DNA of 64,000 bases, the filler included, from Candidatus Babelota bacterium (lineage in GTDB: Bacteria; JAGOBX01): assembly GCA_017999075.1 (NCBI GenBank). It is 13 parts of 13 records of this genome, joined end to end, with 100 filler letters (N's around TTAATTAATTAA, not from the genome) between each part and the next. Parts side by side here need not be neighbours in the genome. Positions count along the whole stretch, not along the records: positions 5,305 to 16,698 come from JAGOBX010000067.1; positions 16,799 to 19,347 come from JAGOBX010000588.1; positions 19,448 to 21,992 come from JAGOBX010000589.1; 10 more parts are not named here. One strand, 5' to 3'. The position numbers and the translations under genes are program-made. The notes beneath the pieces were generated by a model. The model did no database searches and had not been told where the DNA came from. It was given only the letters and a program-made list of their open reading frames with translations. Positions within the stretch are counted from its first letter, which is position 1. Each line of letters opens with the position of its first letter. Shown here one piece after another: positions 10,871-20,575 of this stretch.

Positions 10871-13186
10871 TTGGAATTAAATAAAATTATTGAACAACTC
10901 GGAATAAATGATTCCGGTGAAAAAACGCTTATAGAAAAAAAATATCATGAACACCCAGAATCACAACTTTCATATTTTGAAGAAATAATTTCTATTCACC
11001 GCAATACGTATAATTATTATGTTACAGATGATCTTGAATCAGTTTATGAATACTGGCCTGAACCATCGCCCGAATGTGAATGCCAGATATGTTCCGAACT
11101 TATTGCCGGGAAAAAAGAAATTCTTCGACAGATAAAACATAATCTTTATGAAAAAAAAAGAATAGAGTTCAATAAGAAAATAGGGATTTTTCTTAATAAA
11201 CTCAATTATCTTAATTTAACAGATGCTGATCTTAATGAAAAAATAGAATCAAAACTGCGCCGTGAATTAAGACGTATATTACGCGGGTCATATGATCTGT
11301 CGCAACTGCAGAATAAAACCAAATCAGCATTTAAATATTGGGGAGATGAATGTTCTGATTTTATAGAATTCTATCAGAAAGTAAGAAATAATATTTTAAT
11401 AAAGCGTCTTGTTGTTCTTAATGAAAATAATAAAAGACAAATAGACGAAGATTATGCGGAATTATCGAAAAAAGCTGATAAAAATCCATTTATGCCTGTA
11501 GATAAAGTCATAACTTCGTTTCATAGGAAATACAAAAATATAGCTGTAGTTAATCAATCTAAAAAAAATAAAACAACGAATGAAATAAAAGAACGGGAAA
11601 TAAGCAAACTTATAAATCAATCTATAAATATTCATACTTATCATGATTTTTTTGTACTTGCCCGGAGAATGAAGCGAAGAATTACTTTTTTTATGGGGGA
11701 AACTTGCAGCGGAAAAACTTATCTTGCGCATAATATACTGGCAAAGGCTAAAACAGGCATATATCTTGCACCTTTGCGCCTGCTTGCTCTTGAAGGACAA
11801 GAGGAACAGAGAAAACGTGGAGTTATATGTTCATTTTTGACAGGTGAAGAACAAGATTTTGTTGAAGGCGCCACGCATCTTTCTTCTACCATAGAAATGA
11901 TAAATTTAAACAATGAAGTTGATGTTGCAGTAATAGATGAAATTCAAATGATAGGTGATGCACAGCGGGGCTGGGCATGGTCTCAGGCTTTACTCGGAGT
12001 TCCTGCAAAACATATAATTTTAACGGGAAGTCCGAATGCTTTGTCTCTTGTGAAAAAAATAGCAGATCTTCTCGGAGAACCTTTAAAAGTTGTTGAATTA
12101 AAGAGACTGACCGAATTAAAAGTTGAAAAGGCTCCTGTAGAATATTATGAACTTCAGAAAAAAGACTGTATAGTGGCGTTTTCAAGAAGAGAAGTTCTTC
12201 AGATAAAATATGATATAGAAAAAAGAGGTTTTAAAGTTTCAGTAATATACGGAGGGTTGCCTCCAGAAGTAAGACGTGAAGAATCACGCAGGTTCAATTC
12301 TGAAGAAACAGATATTCTTGTTGCCACAGATGCTATTGCTATGGGATTAAACCTGCCTATACGCAGAGTAATATTTTTTACGACAGTTAAAGTTTTCAAC
12401 AGGAAAATTTATCCTTTAACAATATCGGAAATACGTCAAATAGGAGGCAGAGCCGGCAGATATGGCAGAGAAGAAGTCGGTTATGTCACGGCATTTAATT
12501 CTAAAGATTTGCTTTCAATAAAAAATGCTTTTTCTTCGAAAATTCCGTTGGTGGAATCCGGCAACATAATCCCCACTTTTGAGCATATAAGAATTATATC
12601 TGAAATTACCGGAGAAAAAGAAATAGGGGTTATTTTGAAACATTTTCAGAAATATGTCATAATAGAAAGTGATATGTTTTGTTTATCGGATTTAAATGAG
12701 ATTTTGTATAAAACTCAGTATTTGAAAAAAATCAAAAATCTTGAAATAGCTTTTCCTTTATCTGTTGCTCCTGTTGATATAAAAGACAAGATAGGTATGG
12801 AGTTTTATAAGAATTATGTTGACATGATAAGGGAAAATCTTGTTATTCCTTATCCTAAAATGGAAGATTTAGGTAAAAAAAATTATAAAGAAATCGGTAA
12901 TTTGAAAGAATTAGAAAGTTTTATTAAAGTATGCAATATGTATAATTGGCTTCATTTCAGATTTCCGGACAATTGCCGTGATATTGAAAATTGTTCTATT
13001 GAAAAGGCAAAAGCGGTTGATATAGTTATTGAAACTCTTAACTCTGAACAATTAATAAAAAAATGCAGTAATTGCGGTAGGCCGCTGCCGCTTGACTTTC
13101 CATTTACTATATGTAATGGATGTTACAACCGGAGATATACGAAAAAATTTTATGGAAACAAATTTTTTCGAGGCCGTAGAAAATAA
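10871..13186 (+). CDS. Suv3-like SF2 helicase
   Basis: GETCSGKT, YLAPLRLLA, DEIQMI, RGWAW, VATDAIAMGLN, QIGGRAGR. C-terminal CxxC...CxxC. Confidence 0.88.
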   Translation: MELNKIIEQLGINDSGEKTLIEKKYHEHPESQLSYFEEIISIHRNTYNYYVTDDLESVYEYWPEPSPECECQICSELIAGKKEILRQIKHNLYEKKRIEFNKKIGIFLNKLNYLNLTDADLNEKIESKLRRELRRILRGSYDLSQLQNKTKSAFKYWGDECSDFIEFYQKVRNNILIKRLVVLNENNKRQIDEDYAELSKKADKNPFMPVDKVITSFHRKYKNIAVVNQSKKNKTTNEIKEREISKLINQSINIHTYHDFFVLARRMKRRITFFMGETCSGKTYLAHNILAKAKTGIYLAPLRLLALEGQEEQRKRGVICSFLTGEEQDFVEGATHLSSTIEMINLNNEVDVAVIDEIQMIGDAQRGWAWSQALLGVPAKHIILTGSPNALSLVKKIADLLGEPLKVVELKRLTELKVEKAPVEYYELQKKDCIVAFSRREVLQIKYDIEKRGFKVSVIYGGLPPEVRREESRRFNSEETDILVATDAIAMGLNLPIRRVIFFTTVKVFNRKIYPLTISEIRQIGGRAGRYGREEVGYVTAFNSKDLLSIKNAFSSKIPLVESGNIIPTFEHIRIISEITGEKEIGVILKHFQKYVIIESDMFCLSDLNEILYKTQYLKKIKNLEIAFPLSVAPVDIKDKIGMEFYKNYVDMIRENLVIPYPKMEDLGKKNYKEIGNLKELESFIKVCNMYNWLHFRFPDNCRDIENCSIEKAKAVDIVIETLNSEQLIKKCSNCGRPLPLDFPFTICNGCYNRRYTKKFYGNKFFRGRRK

Positions 13187-13220
13187 CCCTAAAAAAAATT
13201 ATTTTTTTTAGGGTTATTTT
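13180..13220. terminator. bidirectional terminator-like hairpin between convergent genes
   Basis: Perfect 19-bp inverted repeat AAAATAACCCTAAAAAAAA / TTTTTTTTAGGGTTATTTT with a 3-nt loop. Confidence 0.75.
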
Positions 13221-13235
13221 TTTTATAAATTATTA

Positions 13236-13457
13236 TTATAATTGAATTTGAGCTTTCCAGACATTTCCATCTTTTGAACATGAAACGAGTATTTTTCCCA
13301 TTCTGGAACACCACGATTGAATATCGCTATTGAAAGTTGAACAGTCTGCTTCAACATTAATAACGTCTCCGGCTGCCATTTTCATTGAAGCAATCTGTAA
13401 TTTCAATACAGGCTGCGGGCAGGCCAGACCTTTAAAATCTAAATTATGAACTGCCAT
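13236..13457 (-). CDS. TusA-family sulfur carrier protein
   Basis: LDFKGLACPQP and DIQSWC motifs. RBS GAGGAGG precedes the ATG at 13457. Confidence 0.88.
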   Translation of the reverse strand: MAVHNLDFKGLACPQPVLKLQIASMKMAAGDVINVEADCSTFNSDIQSWCSRMGKILVSCSKDGNVWKAQIQL

Positions 13458-13475
13458 AATAAACCTCCTCATCCA

Positions 13476-14597
13476 TTATTTAAATATGCTTACTGCGGTT
13501 TTAATAATGTGATTAAAATCGCTTTCAGATAATTTTGTATAAAAAGGCAATGTTATTATAGAACTTCCGAATTTTTCAGCATTCGGGAAATCGCCTTTTT
13601 TATAACCATATAATTTTATATATATCGACATTAAATGTATAGGATTAAAATTTACAGCTACCGGTACGCTGTTATTCTGAAACTGTTCGATATAGTAATC
13701 TCTTTTTTCAGATTCGTTAACAATTATTACAAACAAATGATGCGCAGAAACTGAGTTTTCCGGCATTTCAGGAAAAGAAATTTTTTTTATATTTTTTAAT
13801 GAAGTAATATATTTTTTATATAATTCCTGCCTTTTAATTAAAATATTTTCAATACGGTCAAGCTGATTTATAAGCAAAGACGAATGAATATTATCCAGAT
13901 TGTATTTCCAGCCTATTTCTGAGACGTCATAATGATTGTATTTATCGGTATATCTGTCAATAGCAGACTTTGACATTCCGTGTAATCTTAAAATTTTTAA
14001 TTTATCGGCAATTTTTTCGTCTTTAACAGCAATTGCTCCGCCTTCTCCGCACGATAAATTTTTTGTTGCGTAAAAACTATAACACGCTGCATCGCAGTAT
14101 TCTGAAGAATTATAGTTATTTCTTTTTGATTCAAGGGAATGGGCGCAATCGCTTATAATTTTAAGATTGTTTTTTTTAGCTATTTTATAAATTTTTTCCA
14201 TATCGCATAAAACGCCATATAAATGAACAGGTATTATAGCTTTTGTTTTTTTTGTGATTTTTGTTTCGATTGCTTTCGGATCAATATTTCCTGTTTCCGG
14301 TTCAATATCTACGAAAACAGGTTTTGCTCCAGTATGAAGTATTGCATTGGCGGTTGCAACAAAACTCATCGGAGTAGTTATGACTTCATCGCCTTCTCCA
14401 ATACCAAAAGCAAGCAGAGCAATATGTAAAGCAGCAGTGCAGCTTGAAACTGCAACAACATGAGGAATTTTTAAATATGATGCTAATTTTTTTTCAAATA
14501 ATGATGTGACTTTTCCAGTTGTTAAAAAAGGGCTGCGTAAAACTTTCACAGCTTCTTCAATATCAGTTTCATCAATGTTATGAATATAAAATTCCAT
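13476..14597 (-). CDS. DegT/DnrJ/EryC1/StrS-family PLP sugar aminotransferase
   Basis: SSCTAALH, PVHLYG, DCAHS, SFYATKNLSCGEGG. Confidence 0.92.
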   Translation of the reverse strand: MEFYIHNIDETDIEEAVKVLRSPFLTTGKVTSLFEKKLASYLKIPHVVAVSSCTAALHIALLAFGIGEGDEVITTPMSFVATANAILHTGAKPVFVDIEPETGNIDPKAIETKITKKTKAIIPVHLYGVLCDMEKIYKIAKKNNLKIISDCAHSLESKRNNYNSSEYCDAACYSFYATKNLSCGEGGAIAVKDEKIADKLKILRLHGMSKSAIDRYTDKYNHYDVSEIGWKYNLDNIHSSLLINQLDRIENILIKRQELYKKYITSLKNIKKISFPEMPENSVSAHHLFVIIVNESEKRDYYIEQFQNNSVPVAVNFNPIHLMSIYIKLYGYKKGDFPNAEKFGSSIITLPFYTKLSESDFNHIIKTAVSIFK

Positions 14598-14940
14598 TTA
14601 GAAAATACCTTTTACTAAAAAAATAAGTTACTATTTTTTGATTAATGCAGTTTTCTTGAATTTGTAAAAAAAATAATGGAAAACTGAATAAAATTCAAAA
14701 TATATAAATTATATTACAAAAAATAAAAAATAAAAGAATTTTTATAGAAAAATACAAAATCTATCAGTAAAATAAAAATCAAATAAAAACAATGATTGAG
14801 AAAATTGCAATATTAACCAATGTTAACGAGGAATTAGAAGGCTGAATAGAAAATTGGAATTCTTAAAAAAGTTTATTGCATTTTTCATATTTTAATAGTA
14901 TAAATAATACCATAATATAATTAAAAACCGAGGTATAATT

Positions 14941-15711
14941 ATGAATGAAATAAAAGGCGTAATATTAGCTGGTGGATTAGGATCAAGGTTAGCACCATTG
15001 ACCAATATCACCAATAAACATTTATTACCTGTTTATAATAGGCCTATGATATATTATCCATTGCTGACCTTAGTAGAAGCTGGAATAAAAGATATAATGA
15101 TTGTTACTGGAGGGAATAATGCTGGAGATTTTTTGAGGCTTTTAGGAAATGGGAGTGAATTCGGGCTTGAAGATTTGAATTATACTTATCAAAAAGGCGA
15201 AGGCGGAATTGCAGATGCATTAAAGCTTGTAAAGCATTTTGTTGGGTCAAGTAAATTTTGCGTTATACTTGGAGATAATATTATTGAAAAAAATATTAAG
15301 AAATTGGTTGAAAATTTTAAAAAACAGGAAAAAGGCGCTAAAATATTATTGAAAAAAGTTCCTGATCCGCAACGATTCGGAGTTGCGACTTTGAAGAAAG
15401 ACAGAGTAATTAAAATTACAGAAAAACCCAAAAAACCTGATACTAATTTTGCTGTTACCGGAATATATTTTTATCATTCGGACGTGTTTGAAATTATTAA
15501 AGATTTGAAACCGTCAAAAAGAAATGAACTTGAAATAACAGATGTGAATAATCATTATATCGGAAATAACAGTATGACTTTTGATTTTCTTGACGGTTGG
15601 TGGACAGATGCAGGAACATTCGAATCATTGTTCCGTGCAAATTATCTTGTGGCAAAAAAATTTGGATTATCTGCTTCAAAACTTATGAATATGAAAATAA
15701 AAGAGGATTAA
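14941..15711 (+). CDS. glucose-1-phosphate thymidylyltransferase-like sugar nucleotidyltransferase (RmlA/SpsI type)
   Basis: GVILAGGLGSRLAP, NKHLLPVY, LGDN, EKP, ELEITD, WTDAGT. Confidence 0.9.
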   Translation: MNEIKGVILAGGLGSRLAPLTNITNKHLLPVYNRPMIYYPLLTLVEAGIKDIMIVTGGNNAGDFLRLLGNGSEFGLEDLNYTYQKGEGGIADALKLVKHFVGSSKFCVILGDNIIEKNIKKLVENFKKQEKGAKILLKKVPDPQRFGVATLKKDRVIKITEKPKKPDTNFAVTGIYFYHSDVFEIIKDLKPSKRNELEITDVNNHYIGNNSMTFDFLDGWWTDAGTFESLFRANYLVAKKFGLSASKLMNMKIKED

Positions 15712-15718
15712 TATAACA

Positions 15719-16180
15719 ATGAAACTTATAAAAGATGTTGAATTAAAAAAACTGCATTATAATGTTGATGAGAGAGGAAGACTTATAGAAATTTTCAGAA
15801 ATGACGATCCTATGTTTCAGCAATTTGGTCAAGTTTATATTACTACGGCTTATCCTGGAGTAATTAAAGGATGGCATTATCATAAATTGCAGGATGATTA
15901 TTTTTTTGTTATTAAGAGTATGGCCAAAATAGTTTTGTTTGACAGTAGGAATGATTCTGAGACTAAAGGTATAATAAATGAATTTTTTTTGGGAGAACAT
16001 AATCTTGCTTTATTAAAAATTCCCAAATTTGTTGTTCACGGTTTTAAATGCATAGGAGAATCAGAATGTCTTATAATGAATTGTCCTACTATACCATATA
16101 ATCCGAAACAACCTGATGAATACAGGATTCCTCTTGAAACTGAAGATATAAATTACAATTGGGAACGTAAAAATGGGTGA
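15719..16180 (+). CDS. dTDP-4-dehydrorhamnose 3,5-epimerase family (RmlC-like cupin)
   Basis: DERGRLIE, GVIKGWHYH, VHGFK; adjacent to the RmlA-like gene. Confidence 0.88.
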   Translation: MKLIKDVELKKLHYNVDERGRLIEIFRNDDPMFQQFGQVYITTAYPGVIKGWHYHKLQDDYFFVIKSMAKIVLFDSRNDSETKGIINEFFLGEHNLALLKIPKFVVHGFKCIGESECLIMNCPTIPYNPKQPDEYRIPLETEDINYNWERKNG

Positions 16181-16226
16181 AATTCAACCATTTAATCCTG
16201 ATATTATAAAAATGTCCTGGTTTAAA

Positions 16227-16698
16227 TTAGTTTTTAATCATTAAATATATTCTGTTAAAACCAATAGAAACTGTTTTATGTTTTAAAATTTTCAGGTTTG
16301 AAATTTTTGCAAGAGATTCAATTCCAGCTTTTGTCAGATATAGTTTATGATCGTTATATTCTTCATTGCCTATTTTTATTAATGATAACAACCATATTAT
16401 TATGTGGGCATGCGGAAGCGGCGTTGAAATTATTGCTATTCCGTTTGGAGATAAGCAATCAGATATAAGATTAAAATGTCCTTGTAAATCAGTAAGATGT
16501 TCAATAACTGCGAGGGAAAGTACGCAATCATAAGTTTTTTCCGGTTTCCATTTGTTTATATCCGCTTCAATAAAATTCATTTTTTCATTTGATTTTAATT
16601 CTGGATTTATAAATAAATCAATTCCTGTGCAACTTGAATCAGGATTTTTTTTTTTAATGGCCAGTAAAATATTTCTTGAATATCCGCATCCAAGTTCG
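16227..16698 (-). CDS. class I SAM-dependent methyltransferase, 5' truncated by contig end
   Basis: Frame extends to the contig edge as ELGCGYSRNILL...TGID; also YDCV...VIEHL and LSPNG. Confidence 0.8.
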
Positions 16699-16798
16699 NN
16701 NNNNNNNNNNNNNNNNNNNNNNNNNNNNNNNNNNNNNNNNNNTTAATTAATTAANNNNNNNNNNNNNNNNNNNNNNNNNNNNNNNNNNNNNNNNNNNN

Positions 16799-16944
16799 CT
16801 GTTTGACCGTTTTTTCTTCTTTCAGGGTTTCCAGCGCGATTTTCGCCTTTTGGCTGGCGGTGAAGTGTTTTCTCGTGGGCACGATATGTTCAGTTTACAC
16901 CTTATTTTTGCCCGTTTTCGTGTCCAATTTTCGTTAGCCACTTA
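16799..16944 (-). mobile_element. IS3-family left end with start of transposase OrfA
   Basis: Minus strand reads TAAGTGGCTAACGAAAATTGGACAC (IR-like), then GTG at 16882 encoding MPTRKHFTASQKAKIALETLKEEKTVKQ. Visibly more GC-rich than the host. Confidence 0.7.
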
Positions 16945-17008
16945 AGTTCGCTTGGTTACTGCCATTCCTACTGATAAATAAGAGGAGGGCTATGTTTCAG
17001 GAAGATGA

Positions 17009-17362
17009 TGTGGTGAGATTAAAGAAACTGAAGTCCGCAGGGTTGAATTATTGAAAGAGATTGCCAAAGAAACCAAACTTGAATTCGGCAATTTAAATAT
17101 GACTAAAGTAGCGGAATTATCCGATGATCCGAAAATCAAAAAACAGATTATTGAAACAAAAGATTCATTAAGCGAAATTCTTGAAGAGCTTAGGAAAATA
17201 AATGATATGAATACTGAATTAATAAAACAGTCTCTTGAAATAATAAATCAAACAATAAAGATGATGGGAAACACAGCTGCAAATCCGCAGTTATACAATA
17301 AGAATAAACAGGATCATGTTTCAAAAAATCAGCAATCGTTTTTGTTTGACAAAAAATTTTAA
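17009..17362 (+). CDS. flgN: FlgN flagellar chaperone, 5' end missing
   Basis: Helical protein with LRKINDMNTELIKQSL and C-terminal LFDKKF directly upstream of flgK. The frame is open only from 17009 and has no convincing start. Confidence 0.7.
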   Translation, partial: CGEIKETEVRRVELLKEIAKETKLEFGNLNMTKVAELSDDPKIKKQIIETKDSLSEILEELRKINDMNTELIKQSLEIINQTIKMMGNTAANPQLYNKNKQDHVSKNQQSFLFDKKF

Positions 17363-17379
17363 TTATATAGGAGCAGAAA

Positions 17380-19347
17380 ATGCTTACTTCATTCGGCGGA
17401 ATCGATTTAGGATATTCCGGATTGCAGGCAAATCAGCAGGCATTAGAAACTACCGGACACAACATAGCTAATGCCGGCCGCGAAGGATACTCACGTCAGC
17501 AGGTTATAATGACATCAACTACACCGTTATATGGTGCAGGATTCGGTAATCCAACAGGAATCGGACAATTCGGGACAGGTGTAACAGTATCAAAAATTCA
17601 AAGAATCCGAGATGTATTTATCGACAATAGAATAATATCTGAAAACAAGTCATACGGTTACTGGGATAAAATGGCTGATTTAACTCATCAGCTTGAATTG
17701 ATTTACAATGAACCGTCAGATACTGGTTTACAGTCCGCAATAGACGCATTCTGGACTTCACTTGAAAATCTTACTAATGCAGAAGGATTATCGGAACAAG
17801 CTGCTGCACGTTCAATAGTGATAGAAAATGCCAATACATTAACTTCAACTTTAAGCAGTATGTATGAGCAAATGCAGGAAATCGGTGGAAACGGCGGATA
17901 TTCCGGCCAAAAAAACGCTATAGATTATGAAATATATACAGACATACAAAACATAAATGGCCTTGCTAAAGAACTTGCAGAATTGAATGGAGCAATATTA
18001 ACAGCGCAGGGAGCAGGCAAAGAACCCAATGATCTTCTTGACAGAAGAGATGAAATAGTTATGGAACTCAGCCGCCTTGCAAATGTGACGGTTTCCAACC
18101 GGGATGAAGATGATTATAAAGTTACTATAGGCGGAATGGTTTTAGCGCAGGGAGTAAATTATTATCAGCTTCAAACAAGAACAGATCAGAACGGAAAAAT
18201 GCAGATTTATCATTCTGCAAACGGAATCCAGATAAACACTACAGACGGGGAATTAAAAGCTTTAATGGATTTCCGCGATGATATATTATCATATAATATG
18301 GAAAGCCTAAACGAATTCGCAATATCATTTACTGATGTTTTTAATGAAATTCACAGATCGGGATTCGGACTTGACGGTTCAACTAACGTAAATTTTTTTG
18401 AATCTATACCTGTAAAACAAAACGGCGGAATTTATAAACTTACTGCAGAAAAATATATTCCTTATACAGGAATAACTTTAAACGGAGACACTTCAACTTC
18501 AGAGCCTGAAAACTTTGAAAAAAGAGTTCAGAGAGAATCAACTGAGAGCAATGCCGCAATTCCTTATCCTTACGTTGAAGTTACAGAAAAGTTCAGCGAC
18601 GCAAAATTTGCAGTTACTCCTGCAGATTCATCTAAAATTACAATTTCAGTAAACGGAAAGACCTATACTTCAGACAGATTATCAGCTTACAGTTCTGTAG
18701 AAGAATTCATGGATAAAATAAACAGCAGTTCAGTGTTATACGGCGAAGGAATTACATTAACATACGATAATATAAACGACAAATTCATTTTTTCCGCATC
18801 AAACTGCAATGCAGACATAACAATTAATCAGGTTCAGGAAGACGGCATTACTTTCGAACCTAACGGTTTCTGGTCATCCGCTAATATTTCGTACAATACA
18901 AGTTTATCCTACGATAATATTTCAGATCGTTCTCAAATTTCCACAAACAGCGATGGAATTGTCAATTACAGCGACAAACGTTTAGCTATAAACGGATACA
19001 CAATATATTATGACGGTTCGGTTGATACCATTCAAAATATTGTTGACAGAATAAACGAATCGAAATGCGGAGTTATTGCAGGTCTTGATCCTGCGGGAAG
19101 ATTCACATTAACTGCAACAAAAGATACTGATTACAAAATTGTTTCTCTGGAAGATAATGGAAATTTATTATCCACCCTTGGTATTTTATCCAAAGGTCAG
19201 GGTTATTTCGGCGGAGTTACAGACGAAGCCAATATTATTACAAACAATATAATGCGCGAACCTATAGAGAATGCAGCATTTGCATTCAGCGTTTCAAAAG
19301 AAGTACAAAATGATATAAACAAACTCGCCACTATCGGTGGAGTTGAC
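17380..19347 (+). CDS. flgK: flagellar hook-associated protein FlgK, 3' truncated
   Basis: SGLQANQQALETTGHNIANA..GYSRQ, PNDLLDRRD, GELKAL, FNEIHRSGFGLDG. Confidence 0.93.
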
Positions 19348-19447
19348 NNNNNNNNNNNNNNNNNNNNNNNNNNNNNNNNNNNNNNNNNNNNTTAATTAAT
19401 TAANNNNNNNNNNNNNNNNNNNNNNNNNNNNNNNNNNNNNNNNNNNN

Positions 19448-19843
19448 CCTGTGCTAGTTAGTTTAACTGTTAAACGCGAACCGCTTGTCGCTTCTATCAA
19501 AAACAAGAACGGAATTAATGAAATGTTTGCTTTTTGGGACCCTCGTCAATCAATCTGGATCACAAATGATACTTATAATAGATATAACGACAGCGAACTT
19601 ATTCTTGAAATATGCGATAGTTCAGGCAAAAAATTCGGTTCAAAAAAAATAAAAATAAATATTGTTCCAGATTCTTCCGAAATAATTTGGAAACCATCGC
19701 GGTTCGAAAAAGGCATTAAACTTAATTCTATATTAAACGCAGGTGATTATTTATTGACAATGCAGGTTTTTGACTGCAAGTCAAAATTATTGTCTTATAA
19801 TTATTTTAATTTCAAGTTAACTGACGCTGTAAATTCAATTTAA
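19448..19843 (+). CDS. C-terminal fragment of a hypothetical protein (beta-sandwich, possibly a glycosidase C-terminal domain)
   Basis: Open from the contig edge; beta-rich IWITND...LEICD...GDYLLTMQV pattern. Confidence 0.4.
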   Translation, partial: PVLVSLTVKREPLVASIKNKNGINEMFAFWDPRQSIWITNDTYNRYNDSELILEICDSSGKKFGSKKIKINIVPDSSEIIWKPSRFEKGIKLNSILNAGDYLLTMQVFDCKSKLLSYNYFNFKLTDAVNSI

Positions 19844-19850
19844 TATTAAA

Positions 19851-20532
19851 CATAAAATCGACGCTGAATGGCAGAGTATCAAAGGATTCGAAGGAGATAA
19901 GCTTATTGCTAAAAAAATTTTATATTGTTATTATCCGCAAGATATATTGCCGATTTTTAAAACTGACCATTTAGAAACATTTGCTCGTAAATTGAACATA
20001 GAATTTGAAAAAAATCTTTTGATTTATTTGGAAAAAATTATCTTGAATTAACTGTCGGCGAAAAATTTGAATTGTTAAATGGGCAGTTGAAAAATTTTAA
20101 AAATGAACAGTTGGCTGATATTGACGATAATACATTATGCCATTATTTATATCAGAATACCGATGTGGCTACTGTTGCCAATACTTTCACGCAAAGAGAA
20201 ATACAACCTTTGAATAAGATAGTTTTGTTATTCAGTCCGCAATATGAACAGGAAGTTGTGTATTTATTTTCGCGGTTTCATCAGGATTTGGGTTTTCCGT
20301 ATATAAAAATTTTTCAAACAGCATTTCCTGATGTAATAGTAATTGATGAAAAAAGAAAAGAAGCAAGAATTGAATTGGAAGTTTTAGCAAGCGATTTTAA
20401 AAATCACGGACATAATCCTGATGGATGCGATTATATTATTTGCTGGGAAAATGATCTAATTGATATTCCTTCGAATTATCCTGAAATAATATAATATCAT
20501 TAAAGGAATATTTATCAGATTTTATTTTATAA
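19851..20532 (+). pseudogene. decayed endonuclease gene with a PD-(D/E)xK-related C-terminal domain
   Basis: No start codon. Frameshift in an A7 run at 20008-20014. Motif FPD...RIELE..SDFKNHGH....CDYIICWEND. A tandem TAATA duplication (20487-20496) creates the stop at 20492. Confidence 0.65.
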
Positions 20533-20538
20533 AAAACA

Positions 20539-20567
20539 TTGACAAATCGACAAATATGCTGTAAAAT
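20539..20567 (+). promoter_or_regulatory. sigma70 promoter, probably leaderless transcript
   Basis: TTGACA, 17 nt, TAAAAT, ending 8 nt before ATG 20576. No SD sequence. Confidence 0.6.
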
Positions 20568-20575
20568 TTACGATT

